A stretch of DNA of 64,000 nucleotides, taken from IMG/VR virus record IMGVR_UViG_3300028920_000001, positions 248,001-312,000 of that record. One strand, 5' to 3'. The notes beneath the pieces are model-generated. The model was not told where the DNA came from. It made no database searches and saw only the letters and a program-made list of their open reading frames with translations. Positions within the stretch are counted from its first letter, which is position 1; each line of letters opens with the position of its first letter. The position numbers and the translations under genes are program-made. Below are positions 9,251-19,248 of the stretch, piece by piece.

Positions 9251-10021
9251 TTATTTGGGCCTGAATGTCTCAGTTTCTACTGAAGAAATTCGAACTCGGT
9301 TTTGTTTTCTAAGAATATTCTTTAAGTCTCGAGCTTCAGCATACTTGGCAATTGAATATTCAGGTTGGTCGGGCTGTCCAAGAGCTACTAATCGAGCCCC
9401 GGCTAATTCTTTTGGAGTATATTTCCTACCTTCAAGTTGAAGTTCTTTACGTCGTTTGACTCGATTAGCCCATCGCATATCAAGCATTCGTCGTACTGCT
9501 TTTTCGCTCACAAATTGAATTCGAATAGTGAGATCAAAGGGAATCTTTCGATATAAGCGTAGACTCATACGGCATGCGTAATCGCATCCCAAGGCAAAAG
9601 CATGTTGATATGAATTAGCTCGGATTAAAACATGTGACAACTTGAATTTTGGTGGAAAAATAGCCCTCCAAATTTTAATTTCAGGCGAAACTTCAGCTCC
9701 TGGACCTAATAACTTTTCCAAAGTCTCGTTTCGATAACCCGGGAAAGCTAAGCTCATGGCTGCATCATAAAGCTGATCAAATCTAGTTTTATTGGCCTTA
9801 TGAGCTGGTATAGGAATTTCTTTTAAAAGATCGAGTGGAATAGTATTATTATGAATAAAATCAACAAACATTGCTCTGAAGTAATCTCGGTCCTTTGGGC
9901 TTGAGGCTCTTTGGATATACTCTTCCAGGCGTTCCTTTGGGCTTCTCTCGCGTTTCCCGGCTTTAAAGGTCTTTTGTCCCGTCTTGGACTTAGAGGCTTT
10001 TTTCATACCTTCTCGTGTCAC
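9251..10021 (-). CDS. Basic hypothetical protein
   Basis: 256-aa K/R-rich ORF. Confidence 0.65.
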   Translation of the reverse strand: MTREGMKKASKSKTGQKTFKAGKRERSPKERLEEYIQRASSPKDRDYFRAMFVDFIHNNTIPLDLLKEIPIPAHKANKTRFDQLYDAAMSLAFPGYRNETLEKLLGPGAEVSPEIKIWRAIFPPKFKLSHVLIRANSYQHAFALGCDYACRMSLRLYRKIPFDLTIRIQFVSEKAVRRMLDMRWANRVKRRKELQLEGRKYTPKELAGARLVALGQPDQPEYSIAKYAEARDLKNILRKQNRVRISSVETETFRPK

Positions 10022-10041
10022 GAACGGGTTATATTTAAATA

Positions 10042-10084
10042 ACAGCCGTGAGAGAACTTTTGTTCAGAAGATCTCTTCGGCTGT
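10042..10084. other. Imperfect stem-loop
   Basis: acagccg..agaga / tctct..cggctgt. Confidence 0.5.
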
Positions 10085-10386
10085 AGAGTTATTTCGCATT
10101 GGATGGAGCGTGGGTATAAATGACAATACGAGTCATCTCCCCAATAAGGTTTAGATTTAACAGGGGTTGGATCATAGATCCGACGAGTCTGAACCTTATC
10201 CGAAAGGCGCGGGCGTCGATCCTAAAGATCGTAAAGAATATGAAGATCTGGATTCAGAGCAACTCCTCTCTGAGCCTAGATTTATTCAGAGTAGCCGAGT
10301 TCGGTTTTACCGTTCGTCGTTGCCCCTCTGTTTAGAGATTTTCTTTTCTCTTCTATTCTTTCTTTCGATCCATTCCTAATGCTCTT

Positions 10387-10776
10387 TTGAAAAAACTCAA
10401 TACCATGTATTCAAATACAGATATAAATTCAACGAGCGAAGCGAGTAAGCAGGAAGCGGAAGCGAAGGAGCATTGGGTACTAGAGGGTGAACATAAGGCG
10501 AGTGAAGGATCAGGTTTAGTCCGGACATTTATGATATTTATAGGGCTTCCGATACATATTGAGTATCAAGTAGCTCCAATGCCGATTTTAAATCCGGGCC
10601 GAGTAATCGATCTTGACCTCTCTTTAAGGCATCCGAAGGATCCGAGAAAGGTTAGGAAGATTCAGGGCCCGCACATAGTCTCGAGTTCTAAGCTCAGATA
10701 TGAATCGGACGGAAGACCTTCAAGAAAGGGTCTTTCTCAATATCTGGAAATGAAAATCTTCGAGCTTGCCACGTAA
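10387..10776 (+). CDS. Hypothetical protein (true start probably downstream)
   Basis: C-terminal ~70 aa looks protein-like; the 5' part crosses a GAAGC-repeat tract. Confidence 0.4.
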   Translation: MKKLNTMYSNTDINSTSEASKQEAEAKEHWVLEGEHKASEGSGLVRTFMIFIGLPIHIEYQVAPMPILNPGRVIDLDLSLRHPKDPRKVRKIQGPHIVSSSKLRYESDGRPSRKGLSQYLEMKIFELAT

Positions 10777-10876
10777 GCTCGGGCATGTTATTATCCAGAT
10801 TGTCTGGTGCCGTAAATACTCGGCGCGGCTCTGTAACTCCGTTAAGTCGACGAACCGGTCGTCGCAGGGAGGAAAG

Positions 10877-12265
10877 ATGAAACGCGTAAAAGTTATTATT
10901 CCGACGAACCAGTCATTTTTAAGAGACTGGTATTCGTGGACCCATGGCCGTGTGTCTCGTCACTTCAAGCGGAACAAGGAACGGGTAATTGATACCGCAC
11001 AGAACGTGCGGTTACGTCTCCTCAGCAAAGATTTCATCGGCAGGTGGTTTTTTAAACATCTGACTGAGGACTTAATCACTCGAGAACAAGCTGAGAAAAT
11101 TCTCGGTGGTATTCGAATTGCGTTTGCTGGTTCTATCCATCCGGTGGTGGGTGATCGGTCTGATCCGGAGTCTTTATGGCGCGTATCAGATATTTTGCAG
11201 TTTGCTAAATTTGATTACGATCGTTATTATTACTCAATTCAAAATCACACGATCGATAGTGATCGGATGATCCGCCTACTCGGTTATCCGGAAAAGTCGT
11301 ATGGCTTGTTACAATCATTGTATCGCCAAGGTCGAATTCGTCCTGCTGAATTTACTGAGCATGATTGCACAGGGAAAAAAGATTGTGTATCATGTGATCG
11401 AGGCCGAGCTCGTTTGCGTGGTAAAGGGATTTCTTTAGCTCATAACTGGCTAGATCCGAAAGTTGAATGTCACGTCAGCGCTTTACGTTGGAATGATTCT
11501 CAATTATCCCCATTTTTGCGTAATTGGAAGCGGATGAACTGGATCAAGTGTACTCCCGATTTCATCATGCGTCCTGAAGGCAAAAAGACGGCAACTATTA
11601 CTGCTGGCCTACTCAAGTATGCAGCTATTATTATTGATAATGAAGTTGTCAATGATTTTAAGCGGATGGGTCGCGTTGATGATTTGTCGAACGTGATTCT
11701 GAATAATGGTATGTCTCCTGAGCTTTCTAATAATGAAACTGTTGCTTATGAAGTAGATGAAAAAACTGAGGAAACAAAAGCTGTTCTATGTGATCCTCAG
11801 GCCAATGAGACTTTTGAAGAGTCTGATCGCCGTAGTGATATTACTGCACTGATCAATAGCTCAAATTTGACTGATGAGGAGTATGAAGTCATTTTGAGAA
11901 TTGATCTGCAAAATATGTCGGTTCGTGCTTTTAGTGAGGAGTATGAAATTCAGATTCAGAAAATTCACCGAATTCGAAATTCTGCACTTCGTAAAATGCG
12001 GGGGTCGAAATTAGATGAAGAGGGGATTAAGAATCTGGTCAGATCAATTTGTTTGGGTCATTCAATGACAATTGAGCAAATTTTGTCTCCGGAGCCGTTT
12101 GGCCCGTCGGTCGTTGCTCGGACTGATTTGTTTTCTACTCTTTACGATCATGGAATGAATATTGAGGCTATTTCTGGCTATTTCTTATACCCTCAACCTA
12201 AAATTGTGGCAGCCATTAATCGTAAATGTAATCAGGAAATGCGGGTTCGTAAGCCGAAGGGCTAG
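10877..12265 (+). CDS. Sigma-70/ECF-like factor with large region-2 insertion and C-terminal DnaA-domain-IV-like HTH
   Basis: GGAGG SD before ATG 10877; region-2-like segments (VIDTAQNVRLRLL; LLKYAAIIIDNEVVNDFKR); region 4 LTDEEYEVILRIDLQNMSVRAFSEEYEIQIQKIHRIRNSALRKMR. Confidence 0.65.
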   Translation: MKRVKVIIPTNQSFLRDWYSWTHGRVSRHFKRNKERVIDTAQNVRLRLLSKDFIGRWFFKHLTEDLITREQAEKILGGIRIAFAGSIHPVVGDRSDPESLWRVSDILQFAKFDYDRYYYSIQNHTIDSDRMIRLLGYPEKSYGLLQSLYRQGRIRPAEFTEHDCTGKKDCVSCDRGRARLRGKGISLAHNWLDPKVECHVSALRWNDSQLSPFLRNWKRMNWIKCTPDFIMRPEGKKTATITAGLLKYAAIIIDNEVVNDFKRMGRVDDLSNVILNNGMSPELSNNETVAYEVDEKTEETKAVLCDPQANETFEESDRRSDITALINSSNLTDEEYEVILRIDLQNMSVRAFSEEYEIQIQKIHRIRNSALRKMRGSKLDEEGIKNLVRSICLGHSMTIEQILSPEPFGPSVVARTDLFSTLYDHGMNIEAISGYFLYPQPKIVAAINRKCNQEMRVRKPKG

Positions 12266-12280
12266 ATTTTTATTCTATGA

Positions 12281-13711
12281 GTGGTCATGATGGCCACTCA
12301 AGTACACCTTGCCTCTTCAACTCGTTTGATCCTGGCTATGTTTCAACTTATAGCTGCGATTGAAGATAATTTCGGTAGGGCCTTATTTGATATTTTATCT
12401 AAGCAATATCCGGATCAAGTTGATGATATGGTAGCCAAGTTGTCCGGTTTTCCCGCAGAACAAATTGAAGCGGAGCCGGCAACTGCTAAAAGGGCTGCTT
12501 TTCGTCGACTTGGAAATCGGATGTTAGCAATAGCCCGTCGTGAGCTTCAGCATTCGCCAGATGAGGCGATTGATGTTGTTCAAGATTTTCTTACTTATAT
12601 TGCAACTGGATCAAAGACAGTTGAGGATCCTGAAACTGGTGAAAGGACTGAACGAACTGAAGCGGAGCCATGGGATTTTACCAAGGCTGATGAAAATTGG
12701 CAGGGAGCTTTAAAAAAGATTTTCCGTAATATTAAAACTACTGGGATTAGCCGATCTCAAAAGATTACTGGGATTCGTGATTCTGATAAACGTGAATTTG
12801 GAATGCTGAAATGGAAGATGGAACAAGGTGAAGAACTTGACGCACGTGAGAAGGCTGAATATAAGAAATTAGAGAAACTATTTAAGTCTAAGAAAGTTGA
12901 TCCTGATTCAATTCCGGCGTGGGATCCTGATAAGCCTTGGGGAGCTAAGGAAAAGGGGATTGAAGAAGCCTTCGGTAAGCGTGGTGAAGAAGGTGAAGAA
13001 AAGTCTGGTGGTGAAGGAGCCATTCCGACCACTGATGAAACTGCACTTGGTAAAGCTCTCGATGACAAAGCCGCTGTTCGTGAATTTATCGATTTAATTG
13101 ATCTTCATCTCCCGGATCTTAAGTCATCATTATCTGAAGATACCAGTAAGTTATTTGATTTAATTTTTGAAGATGAAATTGGTTCATTTGGTTCTGACAT
13201 TAAAGAAAATATGGGTCAAGCTTCAGCTCTTAAAGAAAAATATCCGGAACTTTATGAAGCTAATAAGAAGCGCTGGTCTGGATTTGTTGGTGATTTGCGT
13301 AAAAAGTTATTGAAAGAAATTTTCAAATATATAGATACTGAGATGTCGAAGCGTGATTATGAGCGCCTATATGAAGAATTTTTCGCGGACACGACTCCTC
13401 GAGATGTCGAAAAGAGGGAAGAGGCTAAAGTTAAAGAGAAAGAATCCTATCAACGTGGGATTGATGAACGCAAATTAGGTCGTCTTAAGTACAAAAAGGA
13501 TCAGAGTGGTAAGCTTTCCGATCGAGAGCAAAAAGAATGGGATCGTTTGGTTAAGAAACTTAATTTGTCTGAAGAAGAAATTGGAAGAATTGAAGCTGTT
13601 TCGCCTAAATCGAAGAAAGGTCCTGCAGCTGAAGCCATGGCATCTCTTAGCCCAATGGCTCGTAGATTAGCCATTAATTGGTTAATTGACCATGGATGGT
13701 TCACTATATAA
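12281..13711 (+). CDS. Divergent sigma-factor-like protein, possibly virion-associated
   Basis: RMLAIARRELQHSPDEAIDVVQDFLTYI resembles ECF region 2; LSEDTSKLFDLIF...DLRKKLLKEI is region-4-like. Confidence 0.5.
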   Translation: MVMMATQVHLASSTRLILAMFQLIAAIEDNFGRALFDILSKQYPDQVDDMVAKLSGFPAEQIEAEPATAKRAAFRRLGNRMLAIARRELQHSPDEAIDVVQDFLTYIATGSKTVEDPETGERTERTEAEPWDFTKADENWQGALKKIFRNIKTTGISRSQKITGIRDSDKREFGMLKWKMEQGEELDAREKAEYKKLEKLFKSKKVDPDSIPAWDPDKPWGAKEKGIEEAFGKRGEEGEEKSGGEGAIPTTDETALGKALDDKAAVREFIDLIDLHLPDLKSSLSEDTSKLFDLIFEDEIGSFGSDIKENMGQASALKEKYPELYEANKKRWSGFVGDLRKKLLKEIFKYIDTEMSKRDYERLYEEFFADTTPRDVEKREEAKVKEKESYQRGIDERKLGRLKYKKDQSGKLSDREQKEWDRLVKKLNLSEEEIGRIEAVSPKSKKGPAAEAMASLSPMARRLAINWLIDHGWFTI

Positions 13712-14045
13712 TAAATTCACTGGCGAGCGTCCTAACAGACGACTTCGGCTAGTTTCATATGAGTATGCTTGTACTAAGATTCCTCGTTTGGTTTTATTAT
13801 TATTGAGGCAAGAGCAACTAAGAATCACTACCGGGAGTCATCGGGAAGGTTATGATGTAGTTACTATTTATCGGCTTACTCATCCGGAAGATTATTGGGT
13901 ATTGCTTCGGGAAGATTTTGAAAGAGTCAAAAATATAGCGTCAAATTCTACTCTTAGAATATTTGGATCCGAAACTGATCAAGATATTAAGAATCGTATT
14001 TTAGCGCTTGTAAAAGTAGAGTTTTCAGATAGGAAGGTTTTCTAG
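13686..14045 (+). CDS. Hypothetical protein
   Basis: 119-aa ORF in the operon. Confidence 0.55.
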   Translation: MTMDGSLYNKFTGERPNRRLRLVSYEYACTKIPRLVLLLLRQEQLRITTGSHREGYDVVTIYRLTHPEDYWVLLREDFERVKNIASNSTLRIFGSETDQDIKNRILALVKVEFSDRKVF

Positions 14046-14052
14046 GTATTAT

Positions 14053-14253
14053 ATGACTAAGAAGAAGGATCCGGGACCAATCGTTTTAGTTCCGTGTAAG
14101 CGTGGAAGAGATCAAAAGACTGCCGGGACCAGTTGTTCTAGTAAAAAAGCATATAAATTAAGTGAAGACGGGGCTAAGCTTGTGAGGTTTAAGTGCGTTG
14201 AATGTGGACACACTTGGACTATTCCGGTTGGTGGCCAATTCACTGCTGTTTGA
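14053..14253 (+). CDS. Zinc-ribbon protein
   Basis: C..C..FKCVECGHTW. Confidence 0.65.
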   Translation: MTKKKDPGPIVLVPCKRGRDQKTAGTSCSSKKAYKLSEDGAKLVRFKCVECGHTWTIPVGGQFTAV

Positions 14254-14440
14254 TATTAGACACCGTTGGCAGTTGAAGATCGAAAATTCTCCGGCTCACG
14301 GAGGGGATAACCTGTATCAATGTCAAAATTGTGAATATAATATTTTCGCCAAGTCTCCAATGGAAGCTCAATGGCTTTCGGATAAATATGGTCACCCTTA
14401 TTGTAATTATCGCATTATATACAATATAATGGAGTCGTAG
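14198..14440 (+). CDS. Small His/Cys protein ending IYNIMES (start uncertain)
   Basis: HRW..CQNC..C plus the shared C-terminal motif. Confidence 0.5.
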   Translation: MNVDTLGLFRLVANSLLFDIRHRWQLKIENSPAHGGDNLYQCQNCEYNIFAKSPMEAQWLSDKYGHPYCNYRIIYNIMES

Positions 14441-14454
14441 TTGTAATTTTCAAA

Positions 14455-15255
14455 ATGAATTGTGGAGTTGTAGGAAACATTAATGCAGTTCGTACTTTCC
14501 AAAATTTCTTTAGTAGAGAATTTAGAGTCCTAGTTTTAAATGGTCCTTCTTATATTGGGAAGTGGACTTTTGCTAGAAATTGGTTGATTGAACAAGTACA
14601 GGCTGCTGATTTTTTTGAGCCAGATACTTCAATTTCCGGAGCTCGTGAAGTAAAGGCGTTTTTTGAAACTGAACCGTTATTTAGTTCATGGAAAGTAGCC
14701 TTAATTAATGACGCTGATCGACTAAGTGAACCGGCGCAAGATGTTTATCTCAAGATTTTGGAAGAACCGCCATCTAAAGCTCGAATTGTCTTCATTACTG
14801 AAGATTGTGATGCTCTTTTGTCTGCGTTGAAATCTAGACTTCAGCATATTATCCGATGGCATATGCTTTATGGTGGTGAGATGGATGAATTCATTGAGTC
14901 TAGTGAATTCACTGAAGATAAAGAGGCTCGACGTCTTTGTGCAGGTCGTCCTGGTTTGTATAATTTCTTAGCTGGAAAATGTGAACCTTATTCTCAGCTT
15001 TACACAGCTGTAGAACAATCTATTGGTGGTGAATCCTCTTTATTTATGCCTATTCCTGAGATTATTTTGAATCTGAAAAATAAGCGTTCGATTGAGAAAG
15101 ATGCAGCAGCTCAAATAATAAGATCAGCAGCTAAACAAAAATTATCTAAGAATAATCGGAAAGTGTCGAAATTTTATGAATTTGCAGCTATTTTACTTAG
15201 ACAACCATCAGCTAGTGCAGAAATTCATTGGCAAAAAGCTATCTTAGATCTTTGA
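14455..15255 (+). CDS. holB: Clamp-loader delta-prime-like subunit
   Basis: GPSYIGK, INDADRLSEPAQDVYLKILEEPP, ALKSRL. Confidence 0.85.
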   Translation: MNCGVVGNINAVRTFQNFFSREFRVLVLNGPSYIGKWTFARNWLIEQVQAADFFEPDTSISGAREVKAFFETEPLFSSWKVALINDADRLSEPAQDVYLKILEEPPSKARIVFITEDCDALLSALKSRLQHIIRWHMLYGGEMDEFIESSEFTEDKEARRLCAGRPGLYNFLAGKCEPYSQLYTAVEQSIGGESSLFMPIPEIILNLKNKRSIEKDAAAQIIRSAAKQKLSKNNRKVSKFYEFAAILLRQPSASAEIHWQKAILDL

Positions 15256-15270
15256 ATGTAATTTTTTGTC

Positions 15271-16197
15271 TTGGCTAATTTAGTTATCATAAACGGGGAT
15301 GATGAATTCCTCAAAGAACGTGCTGCTTTAGATGAAGCGCATAATTTTTTAACGAATGATATAGACTGGTTTGATTATTCCAATCTTGATCGTTATCTAG
15401 ATGAATCTCAAATGGTTCCGTTGTCGGGGGAAGGTCGAATATTTATCATCCGAAATTCGAAAAAAGTACCAGAACTCCCATGTGGTGAAAATGATGTACT
15501 CATTCTAATATCGCATTCTCAGCTTACCGATGGTAGAGCTAAACGAATACATAGTATAAAGGCGCTGAAAACTTTCGATAATAACAATGAAATCATTAAA
15601 TGGATTTTAGTTGAGGGTAGACGATCTAATATCGATTTATCTAGAGTCGCTGGTGCTTTATATATCAATAATGGAAAACGCTTAAGGAAAATTCATTCTG
15701 AAATCCAAAAATTAATAGCATTAACTGAACCCGGTGATATTGTTTCTCCTGAAGTTGCTAGATCAGTGTTATGTTTTTCTGCTGATCTCACACCTAAACA
15801 AGTAGTGGATGCAATGATTGATGGTAATGCTAGATTAGCACTAGGTTATTACGATAAGCTACAAGAAAAAGCGGATGAGACTGGATGGATCATATCATAT
15901 ATGCAATTTCATGTGCTTCAACAACTAAGAATGGAAGAATTACATCGGAAAGGAGTGGAACATAACGATTCGGCAGCTAAACTTAGTGTTCACCCGTTTG
16001 TATACAAAAAGATGTTAGAAAAACGTTTGGGACTGTGGACTTCAGAGTCTTTATTAAACAGTGTTTCTGCGCTCTGTGATCTCGATCTCGAACATAAGCG
16101 TGGCAACAAAGCAGCTCGATTAGGGTTGGAAGCAGAAATTATTAGACTGTCTGAGGAGTCAGGGAATGTCCAAAGAGTCAGTGGCACGAAAAACTGA
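15271..16197 (+). CDS. holA: Clamp-loader delta-like subunit
   Basis: IINGDDEFL, IHSEIQKL, LSVHPFVYKK, LCDLDLEHKRG..RLGLE. Confidence 0.8.
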   Translation: MANLVIINGDDEFLKERAALDEAHNFLTNDIDWFDYSNLDRYLDESQMVPLSGEGRIFIIRNSKKVPELPCGENDVLILISHSQLTDGRAKRIHSIKALKTFDNNNEIIKWILVEGRRSNIDLSRVAGALYINNGKRLRKIHSEIQKLIALTEPGDIVSPEVARSVLCFSADLTPKQVVDAMIDGNARLALGYYDKLQEKADETGWIISYMQFHVLQQLRMEELHRKGVEHNDSAAKLSVHPFVYKKMLEKRLGLWTSESLLNSVSALCDLDLEHKRGNKAARLGLEAEIIRLSEESGNVQRVSGTKN

Positions 16198-18955
16198 TAT
16201 CGAATCTCCTGGTGTCGCGACCTTAGAAAAAGTAGTGGGGATGCCGAAAGCCGGCAAAGAAGCTGGTACTTGGGAGCGTGTTTTTACTGTAGAAGGTGTA
16301 CATCCATTTGATGAAATAGAATGGAAGACAATAAATGCTAAAATCGTAGCTGAAAATGGTGAAATTAAATACGAGCAAAAAGATGTTGAATTTCCAATTT
16401 GGTGGCATCAGACCAATATTAATGTAGTAGCTAGTAAATATTTTCGTATTATTGATGGAGTTAAAGAAAATTCACTTAAACAAATTATAACTCGAGTAGC
16501 TAACGTTATTACGGATTGGGCTACTGAGCAAGAATACTTTAACACAGAGAATGACGCTAATATTTACAAGCAAGAATTAATTTATGCTTTGGTTCATCAA
16601 TATGGAGCTTTCAATTCTCCAGTATGGTTTAACTTAGGAGTACCTGGTCGTCGTCAAACAGCTAGTGCTTGTTTTATTCAAGGAATTTATGACTCATTAG
16701 ACTCAATACAGACTTTTCAACGTTCTGAACTTAGTATTTTTGCTAGTGGTTCTGGATCAGGTGCTAATTTTAGTGATCTTCGTTCTTCATATGAGAAGCT
16801 TTCATCTGGTGCATATGTGTCTGGTCCAATTGCATGGATGCGTCCTTTAGATCAGGCAGCTGGTGCTATGAAGTCAGGAGGATCCACCCGAAATGCGGCT
16901 AAAATGGTCGTTATGGATATGGATCATCCTGATATCATGGAAACGTTAGACGGTCGTCCAGGTTTCATTCGATGCAAGGCCGTTGAAGAGCAGCGAGCTC
17001 ATGACCTAATTGAGATGGGATATGGAACAGCTTATGATGATCCAAATTCTGCGTACAAGAATGTGATGTATCAGAATGCGAATCATTCGGTGAGTGTGCC
17101 TGATAATTTTATGAAGTCTGTTGAGTCCGATGGACAATGGGAGACTAAAGAACGATTAACTAATGAAACGGTTCATACTTATAAAGCTCGTGATTTATGG
17201 GATGAAATTGCTAAAGCAGCTTGGAAATGTGGAGACCCTGGAGTTCAATTTACTGATACTATCAATAACTGGCATACTACGCCGAAATCTGGGAAAATTC
17301 GTTCGAGTAATCCATGTAGTGAATTCTTACATGTTGACAATACGGCATGTAATTTATGTGGTCTAAATCTTAGCAAGTTTTTTCTTAATGGAGCTCCACT
17401 CGATGTTAAAGCTTTTGAACATGCAGTTCGTATTTTCGTGACTGCACAAAATGCTTTTGTGAATAAGGCTGAATATCCTACACCTGAGATTACTAAGAAC
17501 TCCCATATGCTGAGGCCAATTGGTCTTAATTATGGTGATTTGGGCGCCGTTATCATGAAGCTTGGGTACGCCTATGATTCAGATGAAGGACGTGCAGTAG
17601 CAGCACGTTTAGCTAGTTTGATGACAGGCTATGCTTATCTGTATTCATCTAAATTGGCCGCCCGTACTCAGGTATTTCCTGAGTATGAACGTAATAAGCA
17701 AGATATGTTGCGAGTCATGCGCATGCATCAGAAAGCTGATGCTGACATTTTGAATCGTTGGAACTTATCAGAAGATCCATTATCTGTTAGTGATAAATCA
17801 CAATCAGTTTGGGAACGAGTTAATGCTATTGGCGAGCGTCACGGATTCGCTAATTCTCAGACTACACTTCAAGCTCCGCTTGGCACGATTTCATTTCTCA
17901 TGGGAATGGATACTACCGGTATTGAACCAGCATTTTCGTTGGTATCATATAAATCACTTGTCGGTGGTGGCTTTGAAAAATTAGTTAATCACGCGGTAGA
18001 ACAAGCACTGCTGATGCTTGAGTATTCTGATGATCAAATCACGGAAATTAGGGATTATATTAATCAAAATGATTATATAGAAAAAGCTCCACATCTAAAA
18101 GAAGATCATTTATCAGTATTTGATTGTGCAGCTAACACAGGTCCATCAAAACGTCACATTTCAGCGATGGGTCATCTTAAGATGATGGCTGCCATTCAGC
18201 CACTCATTACCTGTGCTATGAGTAAGACAGTTAATTTACCAGAAGAAACAACTCCGGAGCAAATTGCTGAAACGTATATGGATAGTTGGAAGCTCGGTCT
18301 CAAGTGTGTGGCTCTTTATCGCAATGGGTCAAAGAAATCACAACCTTTGTCGAGTAAAAAAAATAATTTCAAAGAAGAAAGACCTTCAGGAATTCAAGAA
18401 GTAATTAAAGAGATTATTAAAGAGGTCCCTGCACCACGTCGAAAGCTGCCGGAGAATATCTCTGCTAAGCGGCATAAGTTTGTGATTGATGGTTCTAAGG
18501 GTTATTTAATTATGGGTGAATATGAGGATGGAACCTTAGGTGAAATCTTCATCCGATTCGGTAAGAACGGTTCTACGTTAAATGGTCTTATGGATGCGAA
18601 TACGCAATTAGCTAGTATTGCATTACAGCATGGTGTTCCACTTGAGAAGTTGATTCGTGCATTTATTAATACTAAGTTTGAGCCGGCTGGGTTTACTCAG
18701 AATCCCGACATCAGGTTTGCTACAAGTTTACTTGATTATGTTTTCAAATATCTTGATATCAGATACTGTGGTGGTCGAGTTTCAGGTTTAGATGCTCGTC
18801 TCTCCGATCAAGATCATGATATTTCTCATCCGAGTTCTGATCGTCCTAGTATGACGCCAGATGCTCCACCTTGTGTTCATTGCGGTTCTATTACTCGCCG
18901 GAATGGTTCTTGCTATTTATGTGAGACTTGTGGTAACACTTCGGGTTGTAGTTGA
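16166..18955 (+). CDS. nrdJ: Class II (B12-dependent) ribonucleotide reductase with C-terminal TSCPD/Zn domain
   Basis: FNSPVWFN, SACFI, TRNAAKM, SNPCSE, APLGTIS, SKTVNLP, CETCGNTSGCS. Confidence 0.95.
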   Translation: MSKESVARKTDIESPGVATLEKVVGMPKAGKEAGTWERVFTVEGVHPFDEIEWKTINAKIVAENGEIKYEQKDVEFPIWWHQTNINVVASKYFRIIDGVKENSLKQIITRVANVITDWATEQEYFNTENDANIYKQELIYALVHQYGAFNSPVWFNLGVPGRRQTASACFIQGIYDSLDSIQTFQRSELSIFASGSGSGANFSDLRSSYEKLSSGAYVSGPIAWMRPLDQAAGAMKSGGSTRNAAKMVVMDMDHPDIMETLDGRPGFIRCKAVEEQRAHDLIEMGYGTAYDDPNSAYKNVMYQNANHSVSVPDNFMKSVESDGQWETKERLTNETVHTYKARDLWDEIAKAAWKCGDPGVQFTDTINNWHTTPKSGKIRSSNPCSEFLHVDNTACNLCGLNLSKFFLNGAPLDVKAFEHAVRIFVTAQNAFVNKAEYPTPEITKNSHMLRPIGLNYGDLGAVIMKLGYAYDSDEGRAVAARLASLMTGYAYLYSSKLAARTQVFPEYERNKQDMLRVMRMHQKADADILNRWNLSEDPLSVSDKSQSVWERVNAIGERHGFANSQTTLQAPLGTISFLMGMDTTGIEPAFSLVSYKSLVGGGFEKLVNHAVEQALLMLEYSDDQITEIRDYINQNDYIEKAPHLKEDHLSVFDCAANTGPSKRHISAMGHLKMMAAIQPLITCAMSKTVNLPEETTPEQIAETYMDSWKLGLKCVALYRNGSKKSQPLSSKKNNFKEERPSGIQEVIKEIIKEVPAPRRKLPENISAKRHKFVIDGSKGYLIMGEYEDGTLGEIFIRFGKNGSTLNGLMDANTQLASIALQHGVPLEKLIRAFINTKFEPAGFTQNPDIRFATSLLDYVFKYLDIRYCGGRVSGLDARLSDQDHDISHPSSDRPSMTPDAPPCVHCGSITRRNGSCYLCETCGNTSGCS

Positions 18956-18967
18956 GTAAAATAAAAT

Positions 18968-19219
18968 ATGAAATTTGATAATGAACGGGATCGGAATGCC
19001 TACGGATATGATGCTGGAACAATTGTAGAAGGTGAGGTTCGTTGGAGTGAGTCTCTTAATCGATATGTAATTGTAGATGACGAAGACGTTGGATTTGATC
19101 CGAACGCTGTGCTTCAGAAATTAGATGGGATGAAAGTTCGATTTACATTGGTGAGTTTCGAAGCCATCGAAAATATAGAAAAAATGTTAGCGGTTGCTCA
19201 AACAGATGGCACTAACTAA
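18968..19219 (+). CDS. Hypothetical protein
   Basis: 83 aa; GTAAAAT-N5-ATG upstream. Confidence 0.65.
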   Translation: MKFDNERDRNAYGYDAGTIVEGEVRWSESLNRYVIVDDEDVGFDPNAVLQKLDGMKVRFTLVSFEAIENIEKMLAVAQTDGTN

Positions 19220-19248
19220 TATATGGAATAAAATCTTAATTCCCTATA

